From Laspinema palackyanum D2b (GTDB taxonomy: Bacteria > Cyanobacteriota > Cyanobacteriia > Cyanobacteriales > Laspinemataceae): a stretch of DNA of 64,000 nt. The position numbers and the translations under genes are program-made. Where the stretch lies: NCBI RefSeq assembly GCF_025370835.1, contig NZ_JAMXFE010000013.1; one strand, given 5' to 3'. The notes below the pieces were generated by a model that was not told the DNA's origin, made no database searches, and was given only the letters and a program-made list of their open reading frames with translations. The first letter of the stretch is position 1. Each line of letters begins with the position of its first letter. Below, one piece after another: positions 20,908-31,597 of the stretch.

Positions 20908-21747
20908 ATGAATAATTCTCGGATTTTTAATGACTATAAACAACAAATTGCAGATTACTTTAATCGCCGGAACAACTATGACCAAGAAGGCGATTTTCAT
21001 CCCCTTGTTGCCCATCATCTCATCCAAGGCGCGGACATTCAAGCAGGACAGCATATCTTAGACATCGCCACGGGAACAGGTTTAGTCGCCATTGAAGCGG
21101 CCCAAATTGTGGGAAATAGCGGGTCAGTGGTGGGAGTCGATTTGTCCGAGGGAATGTTAAGGCGATCGCAGTCCAAAATCACTGCTGCGGGTTTAACCAA
21201 TATCGAACTCAAGCAAGAAGATATCGAAACCCTCGACTTTCCCTACAACCACTTTGACCGGATTTTTTGCTGTTGTGGCATTCCTTATATTCCCAATATT
21301 CCCACCAACTTGCGCCAGTGGCATAATTTTCTAAAACCCGGTGGCATCATCGCCCTAACTGGAATTGCTGAAACCGCTTCGCTTGTCAGCAATTTTTTAA
21401 TAAAAAATGCTAAAAACTACGGGTTTAAATTTCCCAGTTGGTCCGAAGAAACTGCCACGCCAGAAAAATCCCAAAACCTCCTACAAAACGCAGGGTTTGA
21501 AAAAATTCAAGTCACCGAGGAGCAATTTGGAGATTATATTAATTTTGAGTCGGCACAAAATTTATGGGAGATAATTTTACATAATCCTCTGACTCAGATG
21601 AATTTTGTCAAATACCTAAATTCCGACCAATTAAATGCTGCAAAAGCACAATATTTGGCGGAATTAGAAACCTTAGTCACCCCGCAAGGCATCTGGAACG
21701 ATTTGACATTATATTATATGGTTGGACGCAAACCCATCAGCAGATAA
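20908..21747 (+). CDS. Class I SAM-dependent methyltransferase
   Basis: Motif I ILDIATGTGLVAIEAA and motif II VVGVDLSEGML. Confidence 0.85.
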   Translation: MNNSRIFNDYKQQIADYFNRRNNYDQEGDFHPLVAHHLIQGADIQAGQHILDIATGTGLVAIEAAQIVGNSGSVVGVDLSEGMLRRSQSKITAAGLTNIELKQEDIETLDFPYNHFDRIFCCCGIPYIPNIPTNLRQWHNFLKPGGIIALTGIAETASLVSNFLIKNAKNYGFKFPSWSEETATPEKSQNLLQNAGFEKIQVTEEQFGDYINFESAQNLWEIILHNPLTQMNFVKYLNSDQLNAAKAQYLAELETLVTPQGIWNDLTLYYMVGRKPISR

Positions 21748-21892
21748 AAATCAATTCGAGAACCCCATCGTCCCGCATTGGTTGGACAATGGCATCCGCA
21801 GACTTGAAATTGCTCTTAACCGGAATAATAACTCTCGCCTCTATCCCGGATGCCACCATTGGCAGTAAACTGTAATACGATGTTTTTAACGA

Positions 21893-23134
21893 TTGACGAT
21901 GGCAACGATTAACGACAACTACCTCAAACTCAAAGCGGGTTACCTGTTTCCGGAAATTGCTCGTCGGGTGAATGCCTTTGCCGAGGCGAATCCGGACGCC
22001 AAAATCATTAAACTGGGGATTGGTGACGTGACAGAACCCCTCCCGGAAGCTTGCCGCAAAGCGATGGTAAAAGCGGTGGAAGACATGGGCGATCGCAGCC
22101 AATTCAAAGGGTATGGACCCGAACAAGGGTATGCCTGGTTGCGCGAGAAAATTGCCACCCACGACTTCCAATCCCGAGGATGCGCGATCGATGCCTCAGA
22201 AATCTTCATTTCCGATGGTTCTAAGTGCGATACCGGCAATATTCTCGACATTTTCGGCAACAACAACAAAATCGCCGTTACCGACCCGGTTTATCCCGTG
22301 TATGTTGATACAAACGTCATGGCAGGACATACCGGACCCGCCAATGACAAAGGAGAATATGAGGGATTAGTCTATCTTCCAATTAGTGCGGAAAATGATT
22401 TTATCGCCGAACTTCCCACGGAAAAAGTCGATTTAATTTACCTCTGTTTCCCCAATAATCCCACGGGTGCAACTGCCACTAAAGACTACCTTGAAAAATG
22501 GGTAGATTATGCCAAAGCCAATGGGTCGATCATCTTCTTTGATGCAGCCTACGAAGCCTTCATCACTGACCCGAACTTGCCTCATTCTATCTATGAAATA
22601 GAAGGCGCAAAAGATTGTGCGATCGAGTTTCGTTCTTTTTCCAAAAATGCGGGATTTACGGGCACTCGTTGCGCCTTGACGGTGGTTCCCAAAAACCTAA
22701 TGGCAAAAGCCTCTGATGGGTCCGATGTCGAAGTTTGGAAACTCTGGAATCGCCGCCAATCCACCAAATTTAATGGCGTTTCCTACATCGTCCAACGCGG
22801 CGCAGAAGCGGTGTACTCCGAAGAAGGACAAGCACAAGTCAAAGAATTGGTCAGTTTCTATTTAGAAAATGCCACAATTATCCGGGAAAAATTAACCGCT
22901 GCCGGATTGTCAGTTTACGGTGGCGTGAATGCACCTTACGTCTGGGTGAAAACCCCCAATGGATTATCCAGTTGGGATTTCTTTGATAAATTGCTGCAAG
23001 TGGTGAATGTAGTTGGAACTCCCGGTTCTGGTTTTGGCGCTGCTGGAGAAGGATACTTCCGCATTTCTGCTTTTAATAGCCGTAAAAATGTTGAGGAAGC
23101 GATGCAGCGGATTACGGAAAATCTGAAAGTCTAG
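21893..23134 (+). CDS. dapL: LL-diaminopimelate aminotransferase
   Basis: N-terminal [32 protein letters not shown] and a PLP-lysine region [10 protein letters not shown] are characteristic of DapL. Confidence 0.9.
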   Translation: MTMATINDNYLKLKAGYLFPEIARRVNAFAEANPDAKIIKLGIGDVTEPLPEACRKAMVKAVEDMGDRSQFKGYGPEQGYAWLREKIATHDFQSRGCAIDASEIFISDGSKCDTGNILDIFGNNNKIAVTDPVYPVYVDTNVMAGHTGPANDKGEYEGLVYLPISAENDFIAELPTEKVDLIYLCFPNNPTGATATKDYLEKWVDYAKANGSIIFFDAAYEAFITDPNLPHSIYEIEGAKDCAIEFRSFSKNAGFTGTRCALTVVPKNLMAKASDGSDVEVWKLWNRRQSTKFNGVSYIVQRGAEAVYSEEGQAQVKELVSFYLENATIIREKLTAAGLSVYGGVNAPYVWVKTPNGLSSWDFFDKLLQVVNVVGTPGSGFGAAGEGYFRISAFNSRKNVEEAMQRITENLKV

Positions 23135-23149
23135 TCCGAGTTTACAGTC

Positions 23150-23225
23150 AAGGTTAGAAACCGGGTTTCTGAACAACGATTAGGGAGAGAACCTTAATCT
23201 GACTCAGAAACCCGGTTTCTTTTTG
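23150..23225 (+). terminator. Two AGAAACCGGGTTTCT palindromic hairpins, the second followed by TTTTT; terminator for dapL and a member of a dispersed hairpin family
   Basis: Direct reading. The same palindrome recurs at 51640-51720, 53030-53100 and 53860-53920. Confidence 0.5.
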
Positions 23226-23321
23226 GGAAACGGAATCCGCTCTAGGTTGAGCGCTATAATAGGGGGAAGTTGAAGGAGGCGATCGCCTACCCAACCCAAC
23301 TGATTTTGGAGGTCCCCCAAC

Positions 23322-23885
23322 ATGGTCCAAACCCCATCTAAATCGTTAACTTTAGAAGAATTTCTCCAACTCCCTGAAACCAAACCCGCCAGTGAATATA
23401 TTGAAGGCGAAATCATTCAAAAGCCAATGCCGAAAGGAAAACATAGTTCAATTCAAACTGAATTTGCGGCTAGAGTCAATGCCACTCTCAGAGGTCATAA
23501 AATTGCCCGAGCCTTTTCTGAACTGAGATGCAGTTTTGCTGGACAATCAATTGTCCCTGATGTATCAGTCTTTGTCTGGGCAAGAATTCCCCGGGATGAA
23601 AATGGCGAAATTGCTAATATTTTCACAGCACCCCCAAACTGGCTGATAGAGATTTTATCGCCTGAACAGAGTCAAACCAAGGTGACTAAAAAAATTCTGC
23701 ACGCGCTCAAACATGGGACTCAAATGGGTTGGCTCATTGACCCCCAAGAGAAGACCATTTTTGTGTATTCTCCTCAGCAACAAACTGAAGTTTTTGACGA
23801 ACTTGAGCAGCAAATTCCTGTTCCTGCTTTTGCTAGTGACTTGCGACTAACTGTGGCAGAGATATTTGGCTGGCTGTTAGAATAG
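23322..23885 (+). CDS. Uma2-family (DUF820) endonuclease-like protein
   Basis: LTLEEFLQLPETKPASEYIEGEIIQKPMP..H...D..VF is the Uma2 signature. Confidence 0.8.
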   Translation: MVQTPSKSLTLEEFLQLPETKPASEYIEGEIIQKPMPKGKHSSIQTEFAARVNATLRGHKIARAFSELRCSFAGQSIVPDVSVFVWARIPRDENGEIANIFTAPPNWLIEILSPEQSQTKVTKKILHALKHGTQMGWLIDPQEKTIFVYSPQQQTEVFDELEQQIPVPAFASDLRLTVAEIFGWLLE

Positions 23886-23910
23886 AGATGAATTCAGAAC
23901 TTTGGTTTAA

Positions 23911-24175
23911 AGTTGCGACACCCGGCGAGGGTTAAAACCCCCGCCTAACAGCTCAAGTCGGTTTAAACCGACTGAAAGCCTTGTGGAATGGTGTTTTGAG
24001 TCGGTTTTTAACCGACTTTAGCTATGAGGCGGGGGTTTTATCCCCCGCCGGTTGTTGCCACTGCTGATCGGGTTCAATTAATGGTGTTTTGAGTCGGTTT
24101 TTAACCGACTTTAGCTATGAGGCCGCCAATCGATTTATCCCCCGCCGGTTGTTGCAACTGGTGCTAGGGTTGAAT
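23911..24175. repeat. Complex palindromic repeat: GGGGGTTAAAACCCCCGCC and AGTCGGTTTAAACCGACT hairpins with GTGTTTTGAGTCGGTTTTTAACCGACTTTAGCTATGAGGC direct repeats
   Basis: Direct reading. The same family is at 63713-64000. Confidence 0.7.
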
Positions 24176-27100
24176 TACCCGACTGCGATCGCCTTGCCAA
24201 ATTTGGTCAGGTAGCGGAATGCTTTCACCACAAAACTGGCGCAAACATAAGGGGAAGTATTGTAAAATGACGGCCATGCTAAGGCTTTATCTTCATCGTA
24301 GCAGTCGCTGCGTTCCGGATGACTTTCAATCCAGGCTAATCGCACCGCATGACCAATTAATACATCCAGGACGATATATTCCTGAATCTGTAAATCCGGG
24401 TTGCGATCGCAAATTTCCGCGAGTTCCATCAAGGTTTCAATATTCACCTGTCGATATTCCGGGGCCTGAATTTTATTGAGCAAATGTTCCACCCGTAGGG
24501 CAAAATTTTTCTCCCCTGGGGTCATTTCCGCTAAAATCAACTCGCTATCTAAGCGGTTGCGGCGCTCTAATTTATCCCCAATCACTAACCCTTTACAATG
24601 TTGCATGACTTGCCACACCCGAGGATAAAACTCTTTGGGGACTCGTCCTGCTGCGCCATCTAACTGTCGCCGTCGATGCCAATTTCCCGATATTTCCTCG
24701 GTTTCGTTGGGGGAAGGAAGCACTACCCAGTCAATCTCCTGTTCCTGCTGTTGGACGTGCAGGGATTCTTGTTTTTTCAATAGTTTATTCATCCCTGCAT
24801 ATCCTTTCAAAACTTCCCGCAAGCGATTATTAATTTCAAAGGGGCTTAATTCCATCACCCGTTCATAAGCTTCATCTTGGGTGAGGTTTAATTCTTTGGC
24901 GAGTTCACTGGTAATCAGCAAGATTAAGTAACTAACGCGCAGGGTGAGCAATCCATCAAATAAGTCCGGTTCGGCTTTGATTAATAACCCCAAATAGAGT
25001 AAAATCTCCTGAGTTAAGACGCGATCGCGAATGTCCTCACCGCAAAATAACCGAATTTTGTCCACAATTTCTGTATAGGACATCGGGCGAGAAATCAGGG
25101 ATGCCTCACTGTAAGCTTTCCCGACGGTAATCTGCTTTTGTCGGACCAGGATATCCGTCACCGCATCGGATAACCCAATATCTACTTTATTCAACAACCC
25201 GGCGGCGCGACGGACAACGGACCAATGAATCTGCTTTTGTGCAGCATTTTCTGTGCTATTCCCCTCGGTTCTCGAAGTCTTTCCTTTGGTACTTCCGGCG
25301 ATCGCACAATCCCCGATCGCCTTCCCGGTTCCCGCCTTAAAATAGACTTCATTCAGCAAATCTGCCACCGTCACTCGGCGTCCCGGTCCTGCCAGTCCCG
25401 TCTCAAACTCTAATCCCTGCAAGCGACTCAGGGTATGCAACAGTTCGATTTGCTCATACAAATTACAAGAGGCGCGCAAACTATCCAGCAACAATCCCGG
25501 ATCCGTTTCACTCTCTAGCATGAACTCCTGGGTATGACTCAAAGGCCCATTTTTATCGGCATCGTAAGCCAAAAAATAACAAGCGGGGGCCGCATTTTGT
25601 ACCGGATTCTCACTAAACTGAAATTCATGGAGAAAATCAATCCGCTCAATGCTGCCGGTGAGCATCAATTGATTCAGTCGTCCCAACTTCACCGGCGTCC
25701 CCTCACAGTCCCCGTCCCGCAATTCTTCCATCAGTTCCAGCAATGCCGGCAGAAATCCCTCACTACTCCCATCGGTTTCTAACATCGCATGAGTCAGTAG
25801 CAAGGTAACTGTCGGGCGTCCTACCCCATGACCCCCAATTTGAGGATAGCGCCACCAATGACGATGGATATAGGCCAGTTCACCCTTGATATTTGACACT
25901 AAAAAGTGATAATCTAAAGTGAGATAAAACTCTTGCTGGTTTAAAAATGACGGCAAGAAGACAATCGTTTCTCCGCGAATCCGAAAAATATTAGAACTTG
26001 TGAGACTCCGCAACCGGCGCACGGGTCGTCCGGTTAGCCCTAATTTATCATTTCGGCCAATTTGCCGATAGACTTGGGAGAGGTCTCGTGCTTGTCGCAC
26101 TTGGATCGGTTCGACTTCTGCGGGGGTTTGGGTGGCGATGCCATGATAGGCGAGTTCGGTTTGGAGGTCTTCATCTTCCGCCAGCAGGGCGATTTGCACC
26201 ACAGGTTGGCGGCGTCCGGCGAGGGTGCGGCGACGTCCTAATGGGTCGATATCCCCTCGGTCTAGCAATCCTTCATCAAGCATCAAACCCAGGAAATAGA
26301 GGCTTTGCGCCCAGACTAAGGGGAGATTTTCATTGGGGAGACGGGGTTGGGTCTGGGGATTGGCACGTTCGGCTTCTACCTTGTCTGCGGAAACGTAATA
26401 TAATTCGGGAAGCAGTTGCAATCCGTAGGATTCGACAACCAAGGAGTTGAGGCGCTCTTTATACTCTTCCGTTTGGGTGCGATCGCCTCTAAAAATCCCA
26501 TCCAGGAATAAGTAAGTGAAAAACAACGGCCACTCACATTCAATATTCTCAAACTTTTTCAGTTCCCAAGGTTCGTAATGCAAGCGCCAAGGGTCTTCTA
26601 AAACCGTTTGATGTCCATCGCGCAAAAACCGCTTACAGCCGTATTTCCCTTGTAATTTTTTGATGACCTTCTGTTTAGTGCGATCGCATAACGGACCATC
26701 CTCGATCGCAAATGCGGGAAAAGTAATGATACTCAACAACGCTGCATCCACTTCCTTAGAACTCGATTCCCGAGGCAGAATCGATTCCAACGTCTGCCTT
26801 GCGCGGGCAATTTCATCGGCAAGGACATGAATCACCGAATTCTGAGACCCTTTCACCCCAAACAGATTCACCCCATTAATCGCTTCTAACGCCGCGAGGG
26901 CCATGCCAATGGAAGAAGCATTTAACTCCGGATTGCCTTTATTAATTTTATTTCCCCGTTCCCAGATGCCATAATCGGGAGTGCGATACGCTCGGCCAAT
27001 ATAATAGACCAAATTCTGAATAAAATTAACCTCATCCACCGTATAAATGATGGATAACCCGGAAACGGACATTTGAGCTAACATCAACAAAAAGATTGAA

Positions 27101-27591
27101 GTTGCATCAAGTTGGAGATGTCCCCATTCATTATCTCCAACGACTGTATCTCCCGTATGAGTATCAAATTTAGCGTGCAAACAATCCAACAGAGATTGGG
27201 TTTCTTTGAAGCGTTCAACCTTGTCTGCTTGCCGCATCATACAAAACAGCAATCCCCGCATCAACTTCACCACACTATGTTCCAACTCATAAGTGCGTCC
27301 TTGGGAATCATCCATTTTGCGATAGGCGAGGGCCAACCCCCAGACGGCGAGAATGCTATAAACATTGTCGCGCACCCAGGCATCCGTATAGTCGCCGTGG
27401 GCGTTAATGGCGGTAGAAGCCGGTAACAGTCCTGTAATCGGATTTTGGCGAACCAGAATGAGGGACTGGATCTGGTGATAGTAATAGTCTAATCGGGTTT
27501 GACGTTCGGTTGAGGTTAGGGTCATGAGGTTGTTGGGGGTTGAAGAAACAGTAAGATTGGACTCGGTAGGAGGTTTACCCCTAGGGTGCAA
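24175..27591 (-). CDS. Large GH15 (glucoamylase-like) domain protein resembling phosphorylase kinase alpha/beta regulatory subunits (1138 aa)
   Basis: N-terminal region with GH15-like helices (GLLPAS...AWVRDNVYSILAVWGLALAY...) and PHKA/B-like total length. Inference from recalled family features. Confidence 0.75.
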   Translation of the reverse strand: MHPRGKPPTESNLTVSSTPNNLMTLTSTERQTRLDYYYHQIQSLILVRQNPITGLLPASTAINAHGDYTDAWVRDNVYSILAVWGLALAYRKMDDSQGRTYELEHSVVKLMRGLLFCMMRQADKVERFKETQSLLDCLHAKFDTHTGDTVVGDNEWGHLQLDATSIFLLMLAQMSVSGLSIIYTVDEVNFIQNLVYYIGRAYRTPDYGIWERGNKINKGNPELNASSIGMALAALEAINGVNLFGVKGSQNSVIHVLADEIARARQTLESILPRESSSKEVDAALLSIITFPAFAIEDGPLCDRTKQKVIKKLQGKYGCKRFLRDGHQTVLEDPWRLHYEPWELKKFENIECEWPLFFTYLFLDGIFRGDRTQTEEYKERLNSLVVESYGLQLLPELYYVSADKVEAERANPQTQPRLPNENLPLVWAQSLYFLGLMLDEGLLDRGDIDPLGRRRTLAGRRQPVVQIALLAEDEDLQTELAYHGIATQTPAEVEPIQVRQARDLSQVYRQIGRNDKLGLTGRPVRRLRSLTSSNIFRIRGETIVFLPSFLNQQEFYLTLDYHFLVSNIKGELAYIHRHWWRYPQIGGHGVGRPTVTLLLTHAMLETDGSSEGFLPALLELMEELRDGDCEGTPVKLGRLNQLMLTGSIERIDFLHEFQFSENPVQNAAPACYFLAYDADKNGPLSHTQEFMLESETDPGLLLDSLRASCNLYEQIELLHTLSRLQGLEFETGLAGPGRRVTVADLLNEVYFKAGTGKAIGDCAIAGSTKGKTSRTEGNSTENAAQKQIHWSVVRRAAGLLNKVDIGLSDAVTDILVRQKQITVGKAYSEASLISRPMSYTEIVDKIRLFCGEDIRDRVLTQEILLYLGLLIKAEPDLFDGLLTLRVSYLILLITSELAKELNLTQDEAYERVMELSPFEINNRLREVLKGYAGMNKLLKKQESLHVQQQEQEIDWVVLPSPNETEEISGNWHRRRQLDGAAGRVPKEFYPRVWQVMQHCKGLVIGDKLERRNRLDSELILAEMTPGEKNFALRVEHLLNKIQAPEYRQVNIETLMELAEICDRNPDLQIQEYIVLDVLIGHAVRLAWIESHPERSDCYDEDKALAWPSFYNTSPYVCASFVVKAFRYLTKFGKAIAVG

Positions 27592-27789
27592 GGGGCTTTT
27601 ACCCCGCCTAGAGAATATCCTGGCGCTGTGATTCCAATTTTTATCAAGAAGAGGACACCGGATTATCGGTAATTTTTATAAAACTGAGGTTAATGGTAAC
27701 AAAATTAAAATATAATTAAACTCAAATTTAGTCAAGAATAAGCTGAGGCGTGAGCAAGCTGGAAGTAAGGGTCTAAAAACAAAAGGGTT

Positions 27790-28527
27790 ATGTTACAGGT
27801 GTTGCAAAAATTTTCTGTATTGGGACTGCCGGTTCATATTACAACTAACTATCGAGACTGGTTACAGTCACGGTTGCAGCAACGCCAGGGTACTCAGGTG
27901 GTGACGCTGAATGCGGAAATGGCGATGCAAGCGCTAGAAAATCTGGAACTCGCTGAAGTGATTCATCAGGCGGATTTGGTGATTCCCGATGGTGCCGGAG
28001 TGGTGTTTTACTTTCTCGTCAGAGGTCGAAAAATCCAACGCTGTCCCGGCATTGAACTGGCGGAGTCCTTGGTGCAGTTAGCGGGGGATTTGGGGGAGGA
28101 CTGTTCCACCTTTTTCTTTGGGGGGAAACCGGGAATTGCGGAGATAGCGGCGAAGCGATGGCAAACGGAGTTACCGGCATTGGCGATCGCGGGGACCCAA
28201 GATGGGTATCTGTCTCCAGAGGATGAACCGGCGTTCAAAGCAAGACTGCAACAATTGCAACCGCGATTGATTTTAGTCGGATTAGGCGTTCCTCGACAAG
28301 AGTTTTGGATTCGAGAAAATCGCCATTTATGTCCCGAAGCAATTTGGGTGGGAGTTGGCGGGAGTTTCGATATTTGGTCGGGTCAAAAAGAGCGAGCACC
28401 CGTGTGGTTACAACGCCTCCAGATGGAGTGGGCCTACCGTCTCTATCAAGAACCCTGGCGCTGGCGACGGATGTTAGCATTACCCCACTTCGCCTGGATT
28501 TCCATGAAAACCGCCCTCCGGCAGTAA
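27790..28527 (+). CDS. WecB/TagA/CpsF-family glycosyltransferase (N-acetylmannosaminyltransferase-like)
   Basis: TLNAEMAM...DLVIPDGAGVV...FFGGKPG...LILVGLGVPRQEFWI is the family signature. Confidence 0.85.
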   Translation: MLQVLQKFSVLGLPVHITTNYRDWLQSRLQQRQGTQVVTLNAEMAMQALENLELAEVIHQADLVIPDGAGVVFYFLVRGRKIQRCPGIELAESLVQLAGDLGEDCSTFFFGGKPGIAEIAAKRWQTELPALAIAGTQDGYLSPEDEPAFKARLQQLQPRLILVGLGVPRQEFWIRENRHLCPEAIWVGVGGSFDIWSGQKERAPVWLQRLQMEWAYRLYQEPWRWRRMLALPHFAWISMKTALRQ

Positions 28528-28540
28528 GAAGGGTTCCCCT

Positions 28541-28932
28541 TGTTCGTAGTAACGCCTTCAGTCGTTCTCTTAGTTTGTAGTAACGACTTCAGTCGTTCTC
28601 TTTCCCAGTTCGTAGTAACGACTTCAGTCGTTCTCTTTCCCAGTTCGTAGTAACGACTTCAGTCGTTCTCTTAAGTTCGTTAAACCTCGCATCTTAAAAA
28701 TACTAAAGATCCGAGTTACTTTTCAACTTCCTAACTAAGATAACGACTGAAGTCGTTACTACGAACGGGGAATAACGACTGAAGGCGTTACTACGAACGG
28801 GGAATAACGACTGAAGTCGTTACTACGAACGGGGAATAACGACTGAAGGCGTTACTACGAATGGGGAATAACGACTGAAGTCGTTACTACGAACGGGGAA
28901 TAACGACTGAAGTCGTTACTACGAACGGGGAA
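28541..28932. repeat. Inverted super-array: 4 reverse-orientation units (GTTCGTAGTAACGACTTCAGTCGTTCTCTT...), a ~55-bp centre, then 6 forward 32-bp units (GGGGAATAACGACTGAAGTCGTTACTACGAAC)
   Basis: Direct reading. Each unit carries the ACGACT-GA-AGTCGT hairpin, and the arrays have opposite polarity around the centre. Confidence 0.85.
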
Positions 28933-28951
28933 GATCTCCATCCTCCCCAAA

Positions 28952-30847
28952 CTACGCCGATACCTGCCGCTGTGCTTGTTGTTCTTGGATGCGATCGAGG
29001 GTGCCGGTGGGGATGGAGGCGATGAGCGATCGCGTGTAGTCTTTTTGAGGGTTGCTGTAGATGCTTTCTGCGGGACCGACTTCTTCCACTTTGCCTTTAT
29101 TCATCACCAGAATGCGATCGCTCATAAACTTAACCACACTCAAATCATGGGAGATAAAAATATAGGTAAGTTTAAACTCCTCCTGTAATTCTTTTAACAA
29201 ATTCAGCACCTGCGCTTGCACCGATACATCTAAGGCAGAAACCGATTCATCGCAAATAATAAACTTAGGATTAAGCGCTAATGCTCTAGCAATACAAATC
29301 CGTTGTCGTTGACCTCCGGAAAACTCGTGGGGATAGCGATTCATCAATTCCGCATTTAATCCCACTCGTTCTAATAAATAGGCCGATCGCTCTCGTCGGT
29401 GGCGGGAACTCTCACCCACTCCATGTATTTTCAACGGTTCCATGACTAAGTTCCCAATGCTCATCCGGGGATTCAGGGAACTAAACGGATTTTGGAAAAC
29501 AATTTGCATTTCGCGGCGTACTTGTCGCAACGCTCTCCCTTCCAGTTTGCCTACATCTTGCCCTTCAAATAAGACATTTCCGGCAGTGGGTTCGATTAAT
29601 CTTAATAAGGTGCGGGCGAGGGTGGTTTTACCACAACCAGATTCCCCCACTAATCCCAAGGTTTCTCCTGGATACACTTCAAAAGAAACCCCATTCACCG
29701 CCATAATATAACGTTGGGTTTCTCCAAAGATACCGCGCACGGGAAAAGCGACTTCTAGGTTCCGAACTTCTAGCAAGGGGGACTTTAGCTGTAAGTTGCT
29801 TAACCGGCGTTGTATGTCTGCCTCACTGACTTCTTGGATGTTTGTTACTCCGTCGGATTCGTGAGTTTCGCTGTGTTTTTCCCGAATCTCGCGATCGCCA
29901 CTGGCATTGGTGACCACTTCCATAAAATCCGAGACTGTCGGCAGATAAATTAACCGGCGATCGGGACGGGGACGACAAGCGAGTAAACCTTTTGTATAAG
30001 GATGTTGGGGATTAGAAAAAATTTGGAGAACCGAACCCTGTTCGACAATTTTACCTTGGTACATCACCGCCACTTGGTCGGCGATTTCCGCAATCACCCC
30101 GAGGTCATGGGTAATAAACATCATGGACATTCCTCGGCGATCGCGCAAATCCCGCATTAATTCCAGAATTCTCGCCTGGACTGTCACATCCAAGGCCGTT
30201 GTCGGTTCATCGGCAATCAGCAACGTAGGGTCGCAGGAAATCGCCATAGCAATCATCACCCGCTGAATTTGACCCCCAGACAATTCATGGGGAAAGCGCT
30301 TCAAAATCGCCAGCTTTTGCTGATTCACCTGTTGCATGATTTCCCGTTCCGTTGCCGTTTCAGGCAACTGCACCTGTTCGCGCAACTCTGCATCACTCGG
30401 CAACAACTTCACCTCTTGTAAAGCAGCGATCGCCCGTCTTCTCGCCTCAGATTCTGATACCTGATGATGCAACAAAATCGCTTCAGTCAGTTGAAATCCA
30501 ATATTATAAACCGGGTTCAGAGAACTCATGGGTTCCTGAAAAATCATCGAAATTTTGCCCCCGCGATACTGCTGTTTCGCTTGGGGAGGCAGCGCCAATA
30601 AATCGATAGGTTCTTCTTCCTGAGTTCCGCGAAACCAAATTTCGCCCCCGGAAATCCGTCCCGGAGTCGGAACTAATCCCATCACCGCCAGGGAGGTGAC
30701 GGATTTCCCGGAACCCGACTCCCCCACGATCCCCACGGTTTGACCGCGTTGGACCTTAAAGGAAATTTGGTCAACCGCTTTAACGGGTCTTCCTTCGGTG
30801 AAAAATTGGACTTGCAGGTTGCGAACATCAAGAACGGTGTCTGTCAT
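28952..30847 (-). CDS. ABC transporter ATP-binding protein with two fused ATPase domains (oligopeptide/nickel Dpp/Opp D-F type)
   Basis: Two Walker A motifs (GESGSGKS; GESGCGKT), two LSGGQ signatures, two Walker B motifs, and C-terminal oligopeptide-ABC motifs. Confidence 0.9.
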   Translation of the reverse strand: MTDTVLDVRNLQVQFFTEGRPVKAVDQISFKVQRGQTVGIVGESGSGKSVTSLAVMGLVPTPGRISGGEIWFRGTQEEEPIDLLALPPQAKQQYRGGKISMIFQEPMSSLNPVYNIGFQLTEAILLHHQVSESEARRRAIAALQEVKLLPSDAELREQVQLPETATEREIMQQVNQQKLAILKRFPHELSGGQIQRVMIAMAISCDPTLLIADEPTTALDVTVQARILELMRDLRDRRGMSMMFITHDLGVIAEIADQVAVMYQGKIVEQGSVLQIFSNPQHPYTKGLLACRPRPDRRLIYLPTVSDFMEVVTNASGDREIREKHSETHESDGVTNIQEVSEADIQRRLSNLQLKSPLLEVRNLEVAFPVRGIFGETQRYIMAVNGVSFEVYPGETLGLVGESGCGKTTLARTLLRLIEPTAGNVLFEGQDVGKLEGRALRQVRREMQIVFQNPFSSLNPRMSIGNLVMEPLKIHGVGESSRHRRERSAYLLERVGLNAELMNRYPHEFSGGQRQRICIARALALNPKFIICDESVSALDVSVQAQVLNLLKELQEEFKLTYIFISHDLSVVKFMSDRILVMNKGKVEEVGPAESIYSNPQKDYTRSLIASIPTGTLDRIQEQQAQRQVSA

Positions 30848-31123
30848 GGAGAATTAGGGGGAAAAGGTAGGAAGATTGTAACAGGGTCAGTTCGATCGAT
30901 ATTGTAGTGTAAGCGGTATTGTTTAGAAGAAAAACTGCATCAGTATGCTCTCAATAGTAACTCACTCCGGAGCGGGAGCGATCGCCGGGTACGCTCTCAA
31001 TCGGGGACCCGGACACTAAGAACCCAGTCAAAGCCTGGAAAAGCCCCCCACCGTCACAGACTAAGGTTGCTGAACCCTTATTTCCCTCGGAGAGAATATT
31101 AGTATCCAATAAAAATCGTCAAC

Positions 31124-31345
31124 TCATAAAATCACTTCTTGACCCGAGGATGAATCCCTCACCCCGTCAAAAACATCGGGTTCGATCCATATTCCTTCAG
31201 CATTCAGTTCTTGGCGAAAGGACTTAAGACGTTGCCAAAATTCTCCCCCGGTCTCAATGGATAAGCTAATTTCTTGGCCATCGGGAATATCTATGTTATC
31301 AAAAAGTTCGATATGTCGGCCTTTTTTAATTCCTTTAATTTGCAT
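31124..31345 (-). CDS. Small protein (73 aa) with an N-terminal DUF104-like (antitoxin-like) region; orphan
   Basis: MQIKGIKKGRHIELFDNIDIPDGQEISLSIE resembles the DUF104 consensus (IYENGV..L....LPEG.KV.VTIE). No toxin partner adjacent. Confidence 0.4.
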   Translation of the reverse strand: MQIKGIKKGRHIELFDNIDIPDGQEISLSIETGGEFWQRLKSFRQELNAEGIWIEPDVFDGVRDSSSGQEVIL

Positions 31346-31469
31346 AAAATATTATGTTTCCTCTCTCATGAATAACTCTCAAAAATTAGAGCATTCCCAC
31401 ATAAAAAATTCATCAATCAGACAGAATGGGAAGAGTTTAGCGTCAATCTAGCCCGGTCCCGCAGGGGTG

Positions 31470-31500
31470 AAGGGTTGAAAAGCAGAAAGAGGCGATCGAT
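31470..31500 (-). terminator. Perfect palindrome AGAAAGAGGCGATCGATCGCCTCTTTCT downstream of the Met-rich protein gene
   Basis: 28-bp perfect inverted repeat read directly. Confidence 0.5.
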
Positions 31501-31597
31501 CGCCTCTTTCTCCACAAAATCTTTTAATACTCTGACTCACCCAGGGGATGAACTTGATGGATTTACCTTTTCCCTGGAGGGCGATCGCTTCTGTTCG

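Noticed and set aside
28541-28932. Possible CRISPR array (regular ~32-37-bp repeats), also at 37214-37680, 5605-5841 and 55313-55490
   Set aside because: Units abut directly with constant short connectors and no unique spacers. Arrays are arranged as inverted blocks forming palindromes. No cas genes are in the window. Interpreted as a tandem hairpin repeat family instead.
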